64,000 nt of DNA from Mobula birostris (Eukaryota): NCBI RefSeq assembly GCF_030028105.1, contig NC_092370.1, positions 113,846,793 through 113,910,792 of the forward strand. Direction: 5' to 3'. The notes under the pieces are model-generated. The model saw nothing but the letters and a program-made list of their open reading frames with translations, ran no database searches and had not been told where the DNA came from. The stretch's first letter is position 1, and each line of letters opens with the position of its first letter. A program made the position numbers and the translations under genes. Below are positions 38,741 to 53,012 of this stretch, one piece after another.

Positions 38741-40384
38741 GGGTGTATCGCCGGTTCTGGGGGGGCGGGGGGGGGGGGTTATGTGGTGACCCACTTTCTA
38801 CACAACCGAACCGGCTCACAAAATAACCTGCGCGCTGGGAGAGACTTTTGTAATGCAACTCGACGTCATTTCTGCCCGGAGAGGGCTGGGAGGGAACTGC
38901 CTAAAAGCCAGTGGCGCAAAGTTTGAAAAAACGAGTATCGATGCGACTTACAGACTGCGTGTCGTTATTTCTAGCTCTGCGTGTAGCACATCGTTACAAG
39001 TCGATAGTTGTGGCAGGGCTTGAATGCTGTCACTTCTTATAAAGTAAAATCAAGTGACAAAGGTGACATCAGGGCTCACTTCCAGATGAACGCAATGCCT
39101 TCTGTGCTTGCATTGAGCTTTAAAACATGGAGGAACCAAAACAAACACTCACAGTGCTTTCGACTATCGAGTGATTTTAGTCTCTGAGGTTGATGTACGG
39201 GCAGCCTTCTGGAAGATGAACCCATGAAAATCATCCAGCCCAGACAGGACACCTGGCCAAGTACTGTAGACCAGTGCTAATCAACTGGTGGGACTGTTCA
39301 CTGATCTTTAACCTGTCTCTTTGGCTGATGTACCCATCTGCTTCAATCAGACTTCTCTGACTCTGGTGCCTCAGTAGAACATGGTAACCTGCCCCAATGA
39401 CTAAAGTCCAGTATCACTTACATCCACAGTGAGGAAATGTTTTAAGAAGTGATGTTTTAAGGAAAGCAACATCCGTCATCAGAAATACCACCCACCCCAC
39501 CCCTCCCCCACATTGCAGATCATGCTCCCCTCTCACTGCTCCCATCAGGAAGTACCGACAGGAGCCTCAGAACTACACCACCAGGTTCAGCAACAGGTAT
39601 TACCCCTCCACAATCAGGCTCTTGAACCAAATGGTATAACTTCACTTGACCCATCACTGAAATGTTCCCACAATATATAGGCTCACTTTCAAGGATATTC
39701 ACCTCATTTCCTCTGTATTTATTGCTTAATTTTTTGTGTGTGATTGAACTAGAGAGGACGCAGAAAAGATTCACAAGTATGTTTCTGGGATTGGAGGATT
39801 TTAGCTATGGAGATCGAATATGTTGGGAATGTTTTCCACGGAATAAAGGAGTCTGACTGGCGACGGTGCAGAGATTTAAAGCAATTCTAAAGGCCACTGA
39901 GCTCTACAGCACAGAATCAGGCCCTTCAGCCTAACTCGTCCTTACCGAGCACGTTACCCACGGAAACCAGTCCCGTTTTCCTGTATTTAACCCGTATTTC
40001 TCCGACCTTTCTTATACATGTAGATGTCCAAATGACTTTTAAATCTCTCGATGGTCCTGCCTCTAACTCTTCCACTGGCAGCTTGTTGCCTGTGCCCACC
40101 GCCCTTTCCCTGAAGAACCTACCACACAGGTCGCTTGTAGATCTTGCCCCCCTCACTTTAAATCTATCACCTCTAATTTAGGCTCTCGTACCCTGCGGAA
40201 ATATTCTCTCAATTAACTGTTCTCGAGAGACGAGTGTAATGAATAGACTTTCGATGAGGCTGATCGGGTAACTTTCGTGGAATTGGATAGATTTCTTTAT
40301 CCGAAGAAAGGTGATGGCATTTATGGCAAAAGCTGCGAATTCGCTGAGTCGGAAATGATTCGTGTGACCTCTACGCTGTGGAAG

Positions 40385-40423
40385 AGTTTTTGTCAGTGGC
40401 GCCGGTTGCAGTTTAACCCTGTG
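40385..40423 (-). other. 23-RSS of V3
   Basis: CACAGGG (40423-40417), 23 nt, ACAAAAACT (40393-40385). Confidence 0.93.
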
Positions 40424-40847
40424 GGTCCCAATAGGCACAGTAATAAGTGCCGGAGCCCTCTTTCTCGAGACGGGTCACAGTTAGAATATTGTGCTTTTCT
40501 GCAGCATTGCTCGCTTTAAATCTGTTATCAATTCCATCGTCGCGTACGCTGACCCCATTATTGTAATAGAGGATCCTGACCGGGCGTTGGCCATCTGGCT
40601 GCCGGTACCAGTGGATATAGTCCGTGTTCACTGTGCCCAGACCGCAGATCATGTCGGCACGTTTACCCACATTTCTGGTGATGGACATCGGAGACTGTAT
40701 CAATTCAGCACCGAGACATCTGCCTGTGGAAACAGAAATCAAAGTCATAAGGTGTTTCAAAGTCTGAAACAAACAGAGAGTAAACGGATGAAAATCAATC
40801 AACTAACGGAGGAAAAGTATCACAAAAGCCACGCAACCCAGCCGCAT
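40424..40847 (-). CDS. TRGV: TRGV-type segment V3: open frame, functionality uncertain. Leader 40847-40808, intron 40807-40724, V exon 40723-40424.
   Basis: Same exon structure and an open 300-nt V exon ending YYCAYWD. FR3 reads KEGSGTYYC, so the conserved Asp is replaced by Gly. About 75 bp of promoter is deleted. Confidence 0.82.
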
Positions 40848-43685
40848 GGTGTTTGTCGAGTTGTGACTGTATTTGACACGGATTTAGACGTGGCCTGGCT
40901 AGTTATAAACTATTGTTTCCTTTGCATAAAATGAGATTTTGTTAGAATTGCACAGCAGTTCATTAGACGATTTTGTTGGGGTTTGAACTTGCTGTCGCTT
41001 AACGTGAAGAAATCCGTCACGGTAACAGGCCTTTCGAGGCCAAGCCCGGGCTATCCAATTGCATCAATGCGATCAATTAACCTACTAACCCGCAAACAGG
41101 AGAAAATTTCAGATGGTTAAGGACTTCTCACGCTGACTTCTCGCCTTCCTTTCCAGTCCTGAAATAGGGTTTTGACCTAAACATCGATTATTTACTCTTT
41201 TCCATAAATGCTGCTTGGCCTGCTGAGTTCCTCCAGCATTTTGTGTATGTTGCTTCCGGCGCCTACTGATCCTTACGTCTTTTGAACGTGGGAGGAAACC
41301 TGAGCACCTGGTGGAAACCCACGCGGTCACAGGAAGAACGTACAAATTCCTCTCAGGACAACGACGGAATTTAACCTGGGTCGCTGGCACTATGATAGCG
41401 TTACACTAACCGATCCGGAGCGTTCCGTCCCAAAACTTTCCCCGAATTATTCATCTCCTGCCAGTTGTCTTTTCAGTTATACGTCAACATATTTAAGATA
41501 TTTATCCTCCCTTTATCGATGTTTTGTGACGGTCCCGAAATTTCCCGCCGAACACCACAGTTGGAGCAAGTGGGTTAAGAGCGGCGGACGGGGGAGGTGG
41601 GTTGGGGTGTTGTTCGGCGACTTCAGACGTCAGGAGTAGATGGAGATAATTCTCACAGACACCCCCGGTTTCTCCATCTTGGCCTTCACTTTCTCTAATC
41701 TCTTGTTTCCGGATTCTGTGACACAGCAAGGAGAGCGATATCCTCCCCACACGCGCTCTTAAAGTGCCGACCCTGGACCTGTCTCGCATCCGCCCCGTCG
41801 CCGCGACTGTGTTCCGTTGGGTGAGATGTTTGATGAACCGAATGCCATCTGCACCATGTCTGTGATTCTGTTCATCTTTCCCTATTAAGGTGGATTTAAC
41901 CATTCCAACTGTGCAGAACCTGTCAGTAAATATTGGCTTCCGCTGTGAAATTTGAAAGGACGGTATTTAATTCGTTTATGTAGCTATACAGCACGAAGTA
42001 GGCCCAATCACCCTCGACAAACGGTATTAATTCTAACCCAATCACGGAACAATTTAGAATCCGGAGCTGTAATACCTTCGCGCTAATCGCTACGCTACTG
42101 CGGTGCCTGGGCAGTGTACGTCCTTTATCGAAAGCCAAGGACACGCTCTTACCTGTCGCTGTAAACGTCCAAGTGTCATAACTCACCGAGACCTAGTTGT
42201 AACCCTCCCGCAACACCCCCTCTCCGCTTCCTGCACTCTCTTTTGCTTTGATGCTATCTTAGACTTCCCTTAACTTTGTTTCTCTTTACACAGATGGCAT
42301 CTGTCCATATGAATATTTTAAGCATTTTGTGTTTGTATTTCATAGAATCATAGGGTAAAATAGCCTGGATATAGGTCTTTCGGCCCAAATGGTCCATGCT
42401 GAACACAGCATCATCCCAACTAGTTCCAGCTGCTGCAATAGTCTCATGGTCCTTCAAGCCCTTTCCTGCCATTTACCTATGCAAATGCATCTTAAATATT
42501 ACAAATGCACCATTTCAGCCACTTTGTCAGGCAGCTCACTATCCTTTGTATAAAGAAATTACCTTTTAGGTCTCTTTTAAATCTCTTCTCCATTATCTTG
42601 TATCAGTGCCCTGTAGTTTTTGCCTCTCCAATCCTGGGGAACAGGCTATGACCCCTCTATAACCCTCATAATTTTATAAACTTCTACGACTTTAAGTTCT
42701 TCTAACTTCTTTCTTTATTGTTATACAGAGAGACCAGTGGGAATAGAAGCTAGAGCAGTGTTGTGCTTCTCTTGCATGACGTGGAAGTTAGGGAGATGTC
42801 TATACCTGTGATAAGTGCATCCACATTTACAAACGGTGTTAGGGAATTGGAGCTGGTGCTATTTAACGTTCAGATATTTGAGAAAATTGAGGAGTTCATA
42901 GGAGTTACAGAGAGATAGTGTTACTGGAAACAGGTAGCTGGGTGATCATGAAGATAGGGAAGGGGTATTGGCCGACAGTGCAGAATAACCCTGTGGCCAT
43001 TACCCTCAAAAATTTTTATATTTTTTTATAGATTAATTGAGATGACCTACCACAGTGGTCAGTGGTCTCGGCACTCAGTATGTCTCTTTGGTTCAGAAAG
43101 GAAGGTGAGTGGGGGAGGAAGAAGAGATCAGTAGTAGCGGTGGAGGTCATTGGTTAGCACTAGTTAGTGAAACAGACAGGAGGACCTGAGACAAGAACAA
43201 GACTCTTGAATGGTATATTGCCTCCCAGGTATAGAGGATCAGACATATCTTGAATTGATTCCATAGCCATCTTAAGGGAGAGGGTGTGAAGTAATAAGTC
43301 ATGGTACATATTGATACAAATGACATAAGCAGGAAAAGTGACAAGGACTTGCAGAATGGGTTCAGGGAATAAGGTACGAAGTTGAAAGACAGAAACTCCA
43401 AGATGGAGATCGCATGAATCTATCCATACTAGTGAGGTAAAAAATAAGGAAGACAGTGCAGTTGAGCATGTGACTAAGAAGGTAGTCCATGGGAGAGGGT
43501 TTCAGAGTTTTTCGATCACTGAACTCCATTCCAGGGCTGGTGGGATCTCTGCAAATAAAACAATTTTCACCCAAACTTGAGAGGAACCAATATCCCTACT
43601 AGATTTTGTGGATGTTGCTTTGGATTTCCAGCATCTGCGGCATTTCTCGTTTTTAAGCAGAGATGGAAACTGCAAGATTGAGCAG

Positions 43686-44060
43686 CAGTGGATGACCAGG
43701 ACGTCTTCTGTGTCTTGTCCTGCTCTACACGTTCCATGACGCTGGCAGAAACCGCCTTCTTGACCGTTGGACCTTTGGTCTTGTCCGCTCAATCCGCCGG
43801 AGTCTGTCTTCACATGCTGGGATGGACAAGTCCCTTATCTCACCAAGGGTTTGAGACCCGTCGGATACCCTCACCTGGTTTTGCCGGCTTGTCGAAGCCC
43901 TTGCACAGGGTGTGGCCGCTGTCGCATGCAAACAGCTATGGGGAGCAGCAGGTGAGAGCTGAGTGCCAGGTGAGGAAAAAAGGTGGACTAACCGCCCTGA
44001 AAAGGACGCAACATGTGCTCCCACCAGAGGTGCTATCCCTTCCTGACACCCCCTACACCC
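43686..44060. mobile_element. Unclassified insertion of about 375 bp, probably an interspersed-repeat fragment, in cassette D
   Basis: It replaces about 50 bp found between GATTGAGCAG and AAGGCT(G/A)ATGCAC in the other copies (e.g. 5180-5245). It recalls LINE 5'-UTR-type repeats of rays, but this is unverified. Confidence 0.5.
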
Positions 44061-47000
44061 CAAGGCTAATGCACATAGAGCATGGATTCATGCGTGGACT
44101 TACGATGTTGAACCCATTATTGAGACATGGTTACATGACGGGGAAGTCCGACAGCCCAATGTTCTGGCATTCTGCTGATTTAAGCATGTCAGAGAAGCAG
44201 GTATTAAATGGGGAGGGGGTACCCATATTACTCATCAGAGATAATGTAACAGCAATGCTCAGATGACGTACGGAAGGCTCATCTGCCAAGGCAATTTTCA
44301 TGAATCTGCGGAATAAAAAATGGATGACCATGTTAATGGGACTTTATAGAGTTTCTAATAGTCAACAGGATTTGGACGAACAAATTCATAGGGAGATAGC
44401 AGACAGTTGCAAGAAATAAAAGGTTGTTACAGTAACACATACAAGATGACAAGAGTAACTCAGCAGGGGAGGCAGCAACTGCAAAAGAATAAACAGTCAA
44501 TGTTTTTGGCTGAGACCCTTCATCAGGATTCATGGAGGGTCCTGATCAAGGGTCTTGGCCTGAAGTATTGACGTTTTATTTCTTTTCATAGGAAAACCTG
44601 ACCTCATGAGTTCCTCCAGGACTTTTTATGTGTTACACTGAATTTCCAGCATCTGCAGAATCTCCAGTGTTCAGGTTGAGATAGTGGGTGATTTTAGCTT
44701 TCTGCATATTGATTGGGACTCCCATACTGAAAAAGAACTGGATGAGATGGAGTTTGTCAAATGTCTTCAGGAAAGTTTCATTATCAATATGCAGAATTCC
44801 CAACTAAAGAGAGCACAATATTGGATCTCCTGTTCGGAGATGAGACAGGGCAGGTGACAGAAGTGAAAATAGGGAAACACTTTGGATATAGTAATTATAA
44901 TTCCATCGACTTCAAAATAGTTAGGGAGATTGGATAGGATTAGTTTTCAGGTTAATATTTTAAACTGGAGGAAGAGCAATTTTGATGGCATCAGAAGCAA
45001 TCTGCCAGGTGTGGATTGGAATAGGATGTTTTCTAACAAAAAGACACTGGCAGGTGGGTGATCTTCAACAGAATTGAGTATTGAGAGTACACAATATGCA
45101 TATTTCTATGAGGATAAAAAGTAAGGTTGGCAGATTGAGGGAACCTTATTTATCATGGGATATTGAGGACCTAATAAAAAAAACGAAGCACAGATCAGGT
45201 ATTGGCAGCTGGTGTTAAATGGGCCAATTGAGGAGTATAAGACATACAAGAGAACACAAGCGAAAGATCAGGAAGGCTGAACAGGGATAATTGATTGCTC
45301 TAGCAGACAAGTTAAACCAGAATCCAAGGGTTCTATAGGTACTGGGAGCCAGATGATAGCAAGGGACAAAATTGGTCCCCTGAAGATCAAGTTGGTCATA
45401 TATGCATGGAGCTAAAGGAGATGCGGAGAAGTATTAAATGTTTAATTGTTGTGTTTGCATTTGCTCAGGAGAAAGACACAGATACCGATTCTAATCCACA
45501 GATTCTAATCTGGCAAAACACTAGAGGTCATGGACCATGTTCTGATTACAGAAGAGGAAGTGCTTGCTGTATTGAGAAGAACTTAAAGTGAATATGTCTC
45601 AAAGGCCTGACGAGGTGTCCTTTCCAAACTTGTGGGAGGCCAGTGCAGAAATTACAGGGGCCCTGGCAGTAATATTTAAAACATCCTTACCCATGGGTGA
45701 GGTATTGGAGGACTGGAGGGTCGCTAACATTTAAGAATGGTTCTAAAATAAACAGGAAATTAGAGCCTGGTTAACCTGACATTAGTCATGGTTAAATTAT
45801 CGGAAGGTTTTCTCATGGATAGAATGTACATATACCAGTGCTTGGATAGACAGTGCCGGAAAAGTGATAAGCAATATGGCTTAATCATGCCATCTGTCCA
45901 TATGAGTATTTTATGTTTTTATTTCATAGAATCATTGAGTAACAGAGCCTGAATATAGGCCCTTCGGCCCCAATGGTCCATGCTGACCACAGCATCCTCC
46001 CTGCTAGTTCCAGCTGCTGCATTTGAGTCAGAGTCCTTCAAACCCTTTCCTTCCATTTACCTATGCAAATACATTTTGAATATTACAAATGCACCATCTC
46101 AACCACTTCCTCAGGCAGCTCACTATCCCTTGCATAAAGAAATTATCTTTTAGGTCTCTTTTAAATCTCTTCTTTATTATCTTGTATCGGTGTCCTCTAG
46201 TTTTTGTCTCTCCAATCCTGGGGAAAAGGCTAAGACCCGTCTATACCCCTCATGATTTTATAAACTTCTACAAGTTTAAGTTCTTCTAACTTCTTTCTTT
46301 ATTGTTATACAGAGAGACCAGTGGGAATAGAAGCTAGAGCAGTGGTGTGCTTCTCTTGCATGAAGTGGAAGTTAGGGAGATGTCTGTACCTGTGATAAAT
46401 GCATCCACATTTACAAACCGTATTGGGGAATTGGAGCTGGTGCTAGATGACTTTCAGATCATTCAGAAAATGAGAGGTTCATAGGAGTTACAGAGAGATA
46501 GTGGTGCTGGAAACAGGTAGCTGGGTGATCATGAAGAGAGGGAAGGCAGACAGTGCAGAATACCCCTGTGGCCATTCCCCTCAGCAAGTGTTTCATTGTA
46601 TATAGTTTTAGGGAGATGACCTACCACAGTGGTCAGTGGTCTCGGTTCAGAAGGGAAGATTGGTTGGGGAGGAAGAACAGGCCAGTAGTAGTGCTGGATG
46701 TCATTGCTTAGCACTGCTTAATGAAACAGACAGGAGGACGTGAGACAAGAAAAGACTCTTGCATGTTATATTGCCTCCCAGGTACAGAGATATCTTGAAT
46801 TGAATCCATAGCCATCCTAAGGGGGGGGAAGCGGGTGAGAAGCGATAAGTCATGGTACATATTGATACCAATGATATAAGAAGGAAAAGTGATGAGGACC
46901 TGCAAAATGAATTCAGGGAATATGGAACGAAGTTAAAAGAGAAGACCTCCAAGATGGAGATGGCACGAAGATATACATTGTAGTGAGGTAAAAAATAAGG

Positions 47001-50000
47001 AAGACTGTGCAGCTTAACATGTGGTTATAAATTCACAGTTTTGTTCGGTATGAGCCCTCAATATATTCACGGTATTTCTATATCAGACCAACGTGTAATT
47101 GCATTTGTCATATTATTGGCTTGAAGGGCGATTGTATTGAAATGGAAGGATGCCTCTGCTCCCACTTTGATACAATGGTTCTGTCAGGTGATGTTATGTC
47201 TTAGTTTGGAGAAAATTCGAAGTCGAACTTTTGATTCTTGATTTGACTTTGAGAAAAGGTGGAGTTCTTTTGCCCGCCACGACCATTTGATCTGAGTAAA
47301 TTAAGGTGATCCCCATCTGATTCTTGTGTAATTGGTTTTGGTTGGCAGATTGATGTTTTTCTTTTATGGAAGCTTGTATGGCGTATATCTCCGGGGTTGT
47401 GCTCCCAATGTTTTTTTTTTCTCGTGTTTTTTTTTGGTTAGTAGGTTTTATTTTTCTGTTTTAGTTAGTAGAGGTTATTTTTTCCTTCATTCTTTTTTCC
47501 AAAAAAAATAGTTTTAACATATTGTCTTTTATTATTATTATTGGTACAATCTTTAGCTTGGTTTTTCAGTTATTTGGTAGTTTGAATCTTATTGTATACA
47601 TTGATATGTTGATTTGACTATTTTAATGCATTTTTTGATGATTTTCAATAATAATTAATAAAAGGATTTAAAGAGAAAGAAACATGTGATTCAGCAGATG
47701 GTACATTGGAGAGGGCTTCAGAGTTTTTGGATCACTGAGCTCCATTCCAGACCAGATGGGATCTCTGCAAATAGGTCAGTTTTCACCCAAACTGGAGAGC
47801 AACCAATATCCTTATAGGAAGGTTTGCTAATCCTGCTCGGAAGTGTTCAAAGTAATGTTTAACAGGGATGGTATCCAGAGTGGCAGGACAGCAATGAAGT
47901 GGTTGTGGAAAAAAAGAGATGTAATGACTACAAGCAAAGATTTTCTGGATGTTGCTTTGGATTTCCTGGGTCTGCAGCCTTTCTCGTTTTTAAGCAGAGA
48001 TGGAAACTGCACGATTGAGCAGGGTGGATAAATGTTCTGAGTTGCATCTATTGCAAGACAAGGACGGTTGTAGGTAAGGCTAATGCACATAGAGCATAAA
48101 TCCATGTGTGGACTTACGATGTTGAAATCATTATTGAGACATGGTTACATGATGGGGAAGACTTACAGCCCAATGTTCTGGCATTCTGCTGATTTAGACA
48201 TCTCAGAGAAGCAGGTATTAAAGGGGGAGGGAGTACTCATATTAGTCATCAGAGATAATGTCACAGCAATGCTCAGATGATATACAGAAGTCTCATCTGC
48301 CAAGGCAATTTTCATGAATCTGTGGAAAATAAAATGGATGATCATGCTAATGGAACTTTATAGAGTTTCTAAAAGTCAGCAGGATTTGGACAAACAAATT
48401 CATAGGGAGATTGCAGACGGTTGCAAGAAATATAAGGTTGTTACAGTAACACATACAAGATGCAAGAGTAACTCAGCAGTGCAGGCAGCAACTGCAAAAG
48501 GAATAAACAGTCAATGTTTTTGGCTGAGACTCTTCATCAGGACACGTGAAGGGTCCTGATGAAGTGTCATGGCTCGAAGCATTGCCGCTTTATTCCATTT
48601 CATGGGAAAACCTGACCTCATGAGTTCCCTCAGGATTTTTTATGTGTTACTCTGGATTTCCAGCATCTGCAGAATCTCTGGTGTTTAGGTTGAGATATTC
48701 GGTGATTTTAACTTTCTGCATGTTGATTGGGTCTCCCATACTGAAAAAGAACTGGATGAGATAGATTTTGTCAAATGTGTTCAGGAAAGTTTCATTATCA
48801 ATATACAGAGTTCCCAACTATTGACAGCACAATATTGGATCTCTTCTTCGGAAATGAGACGGGGCAGATGATGGAAGTGAACATTGGGATACATCTTCGG
48901 TAAAGTGATCATAATTCCATCGACTTCAAAATAATTAGTGAGATTGGATAGGATTGGATTTTAGGTTAAGATTCTAAACTGGAGGAAGAGCAATTTTGAT
49001 GGCATCAGAAGCAATCTGCCAGGTGTGGATTGGGATAAGCTGTTTTCTAACAAAGAGACATTGGCAGGTGGGTGGTCTTCAACAGAATTGAGTATTGAGA
49101 GTACACAATATATATATTTCTGTTAGGATAAAAAGCAAAGTTGGCAGGTTGAGGGAACCTTATTTATCATGGGATATTGAGGACCTGGTAAACAAAAAGA
49201 AAGCACATATCAATCAGGTATTGGCAGCTAGCGTTAAAAGGGGCAAATGAGGAATATAAAACATACAAGAGAACACAAGCGAAAGATCAGGAAGGCTGAA
49301 AAGGAATAAGTGGTTGCTCGAGCAGACAAGATAAACCAGAATCCAAGGGTTCTACAGGTACTGGGAGCCAAAAGATAGCAAGGGAGAAATTTGGTCCCCT
49401 TGAAGTTCAAGTTGGTCATATATGCATGGAGCTAAAAGAGATGCAGAAAAATATTAAATGTTTTATTTTTGTTTTTTCCATTTAATCAGGAGACAAACAC
49501 AGACACCTTAGAATCTGGCAAAACACTAGAGGTCATGGACCATGGTCTGATTACAGAAGACGAAGTGCTTGCTGTCTTGAGAAGAATTTAGGGTGAATAA
49601 ATCCCAAAGGCCTGACGAGGTGTCCTCTCCAAACTTGTGGGAGGCTGGTACAGAATTTACAGTGGCCCTTGCAGTAATATTTAAAACATCCTTACCCATA
49701 GTGAGGTACTGGAGGACTGGAGGGTCGCTAATATTTAAGAATGGTTCTAAGAATAAACAGGAAATTAGAGCCTGGTGAACCTGACATTAGTTGTGGGTAA
49801 ATAATCGGAAAGTTTCCTCAAGGATAGGATGTACATGTACCAGTGTATGGTAAGTCATGTCTAACTAATTTATGAAGATTTTTTGAAGGAAGTTACCAAG
49901 ACGTTTGTTGAACGGAACACAATGGTCTTTAGAAAAGCCTTTGGTAAATTACGACATGGCAGACTGGACAAGAAGATTAAGTTGCCTGGCATTCAGGATG

Positions 50001-53000
50001 AAGTAGTCAGTTAGATTCAATGTTGTCTGAGCGGAAGAAGCCAGAGAATGGTGGTTAGTGTTTGACTCTCTGCCTGGAGGCCTATGACTAGTGCTGTGCT
50101 GCAGGAGTCGGTGTTTGATCCATTGTTGTTGGTCACTTATATTAATGATTTAAATGACAATATGTTAAACTGGATCAGCAAATTTTTGGATAATGCCAAG
50201 ATTGAGGGTATAGTGAACATCGTACTGAATACATTCACATCCAAATCATTTACATAATAATTAATAATTGAGGTCCCAACTCTGACCCCTGGGTAAACTG
50301 AATGAGAACTGTACAAAATAAAAGGAAAATTATAAATGCGAAGCCAATAAGGCTACAAACTAAAATTCCATCTAAAAATCTAACGCTGACACTGAGCTTC
50401 AGAAGGAGTAACTTAATAGTAAGTTAGTACCACTTCTTTAAGACGTCAATCTAAATTGGAGTCTTCTATCTTGGAAAGAAGGTAAGCAGGGGAGTGTCAC
50501 AGTCATTGTGCTTCAGTCAAGACTCGACAAGTCTGAAGGAAGTTAAATAAATCTACAATGCAACCCTAATTGGCCGCAATGTGCATTCTCACGAGTGTGA
50601 TTGCTGATGACCGCTTTCAGCTGCCCACTCCACAGTAGAGTCCATGGTTTTTACTGATCACCACCCTCACCACCCTCCACCCGCACCCCGCCCCGAGGCA
50701 CAGCTCCAGAGGCACTAAAGACCTGTGGCCGCTGGAGGTCCTGGATGAGTGACTTGCCCAGGATGTCACGAATTGGAACTCAAGAAAGATTTTCTGGGCC
50801 CTATCTCTCCAAGTCCACTAGGTGCTGGATCCTGCCCCACAATGGACGAGACGACAGGAGATGATGCAGGGAATAGACCAGTCACCCATCCACCAAGATG
50901 AGAGGAGGGAGAGGGCCTAACTGGAGCAAGGTGGGAGGAAGTCACCAGTGTGAGCTGCAAACATGGAATACTAGGTAAAGCTTAACAGATGATTGCAGGC
51001 ACAGTCTCTAGGAAGATCGATTGATAGCCTTTCCCACTGTGAATAGTCCCACGTAGCGTGGGCAAACTTGCAACTCCCAACCTTCAAAGGAAGATCTCCA
51101 GATACCAGCCAGGCCTTCTCCCTGGATTGAGAAGCCTCACCTGTCGGAGGGCTGATCACCGTCCAGTGCATATTGTTTCTGAGTGTGCAGCAGGGAAGCC
51201 CTGGCCCATCTCCATGTGTGCTTGCAGCTTTGTACCAACTGTTCAACAGCAGGAACTCCCATGTCAATCACGGTCTGGGAAGATCAGTGGCTGGAATCCA
51301 TTTTGCCATTCACGGGAGGGCATGCTAGTCTAGCTTATTATGGGCAATCTCTGAGTTGGGAGCTCCAGGTCATGGAGTTGGAAGAGACAAGGCCGTGCAG
51401 GATTGTCTCCAGCTCCTCATTCACTCTCTTAGTCTGGCCATTACATTGGGGGTGGAAAACTGAGGAGAGGCTGGCTGTGGCTCCCAAAGGAGAACAGAAA
51501 GCATTCCAACAATGGGGCAGGAAGTCAATCAGACCTGATATCCCGAGGGAAGCTGTGCAGCCTGAACACAAGCTGAACCAAAAAAAGGGCAGTTTCATGA
51601 GCCGATGGGAGCTTGGGGAGAGCAATGAAGTGGGCTGCTTTAAAGAACTGGTCCACAACCACCAGGATGATAGTGTTTCCATCTGACAGACACAGACCAG
51701 TGATGAAATCCACCGAGAGTTGGAACCTGGGGCAGAGAGGCACAGGCAGTGGATAGAGCAAACCAGCAGGAAGCTGATGTGATGTCTTGTTCTGGGCACA
51801 AATGGGACAGGCAGAGACAAAGTCGTGGACTTCTTGTACATAGACTGCCATGTAAATCATCTCTTTATGAATTCCAGGGTCTGTTGAACCCATGAATGGC
51901 CAACCAGATGGGAAGAGTGACCGCAGGCCAACATTTAGGAACACACAGACGCAGGGACAAACAGCCGGGTAGGAACTTCTCCATCTGGGCCTGGATCTGC
52001 ATGTTCGGCAGTGCTCACCTGTTTGTATTCCCCAAATCACTGGGACAGCTATGCTTGTGCGAGGAAAGATGTGATCTAGATTGGCGTTGACCTCAGAGAC
52101 ATCAAACTGACAGGAGAGAGCACTGGCCTTAGTATCATCTGCCCAACCGTCCTCTCAGTCTCGCTACACGCTGCATCGACTGCCCCATCCTCAGCCCCCT
52201 CACTCTTGCCTCCAATCCCCTGCTAAGTTAGTTTAAACGTTCTCCAACAGCTTTAGGAAACCTACTCGCAACAATATTAATCCCCATTGGGTTAAGGTTT
52301 AACTGATCTTCTTTTTATAAGGCAGAACTTCCCTAGATGAGACCCCAATGATCCAACAATCTGAAACCTTGCCCACTGCACCAGATCCTCAGCCACTCAT
52401 TCATCCTACTTCGGCACTAACTAGCACGCAGAACTGGGAGTAATCCAGAGATTACACATGCTCTGTGGCCTCTTCCCTCACCCCCTACACTTACTGTGCA
52501 AAATCTCTTCCCTGTTTTCACCTATGTCATTGGAGCCAATGTACACCTCAGACATTGTCTAGTTACCCTACCTCTTCTGCAGTTGCTCTGAGACCTCCCT
52601 AGTCCTAGCACCTGGGAAGCAGCACACCATTCTGCGTCTTTGTCGTGGCCACCAAATCTCTTGTCCAATCCCTAATTACTGAGCCTCCTATCACTATCAC
52701 TCTACCTGATTTTACCCTTCCCTGCTGAGCCACAGAGCCGGCCATACTGCCACTGGCCTGGCTGCTGCTGCTGTGCACTGACAGGTCATTCTTCCTACAC
52801 CCCCCACTGTAGTACCCAAATGAATATTTGTTGCTGATGGGAAAGAATATTGAAAATATGATGTCATCCTATCCTGTTTAATATTAGCTTTCTTTCAAAT
52901 GATGGCAGTTTGCAAGGTGTGTATGTTCAGAGGGCCCAGGGTGCCTTTGCACATTATTCACTGAAAGCCAATATCCGTATGAGGGATAGGTCAAGCTATG

Positions 53001-53012
53001 AGGGAGGCAAAT

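Larger units (their letters stand above)
34817..38998 (+). mobile_element. Full-length Ty3/gypsy LTR retrotransposon (4.18 kb), private to cassette C
   Basis: 5' LTR 34817-35036 and 3' LTR 38782-38998, both TG...CA. TSD AGTC at 34813-34816 and 38999-39002. PBS at 35038, G-rich PPT at 38759-38778, domain order PR-RT-RH-IN. Confidence 0.96.
25113..41039. repeat. Cassette C (V2 upstream through V3)
   Basis: Colinear with A. Carries private HERO-like and gypsy insertions and lacks A's solo LTR and large CR1. Confidence 0.88.

Noticed and set aside
34817-38998. LTR divergence exceeding cassette divergence as a paradox
   Set aside because: A spot check of the flank gave about 11% versus about 13% for the LTRs, which is within hand-count error.
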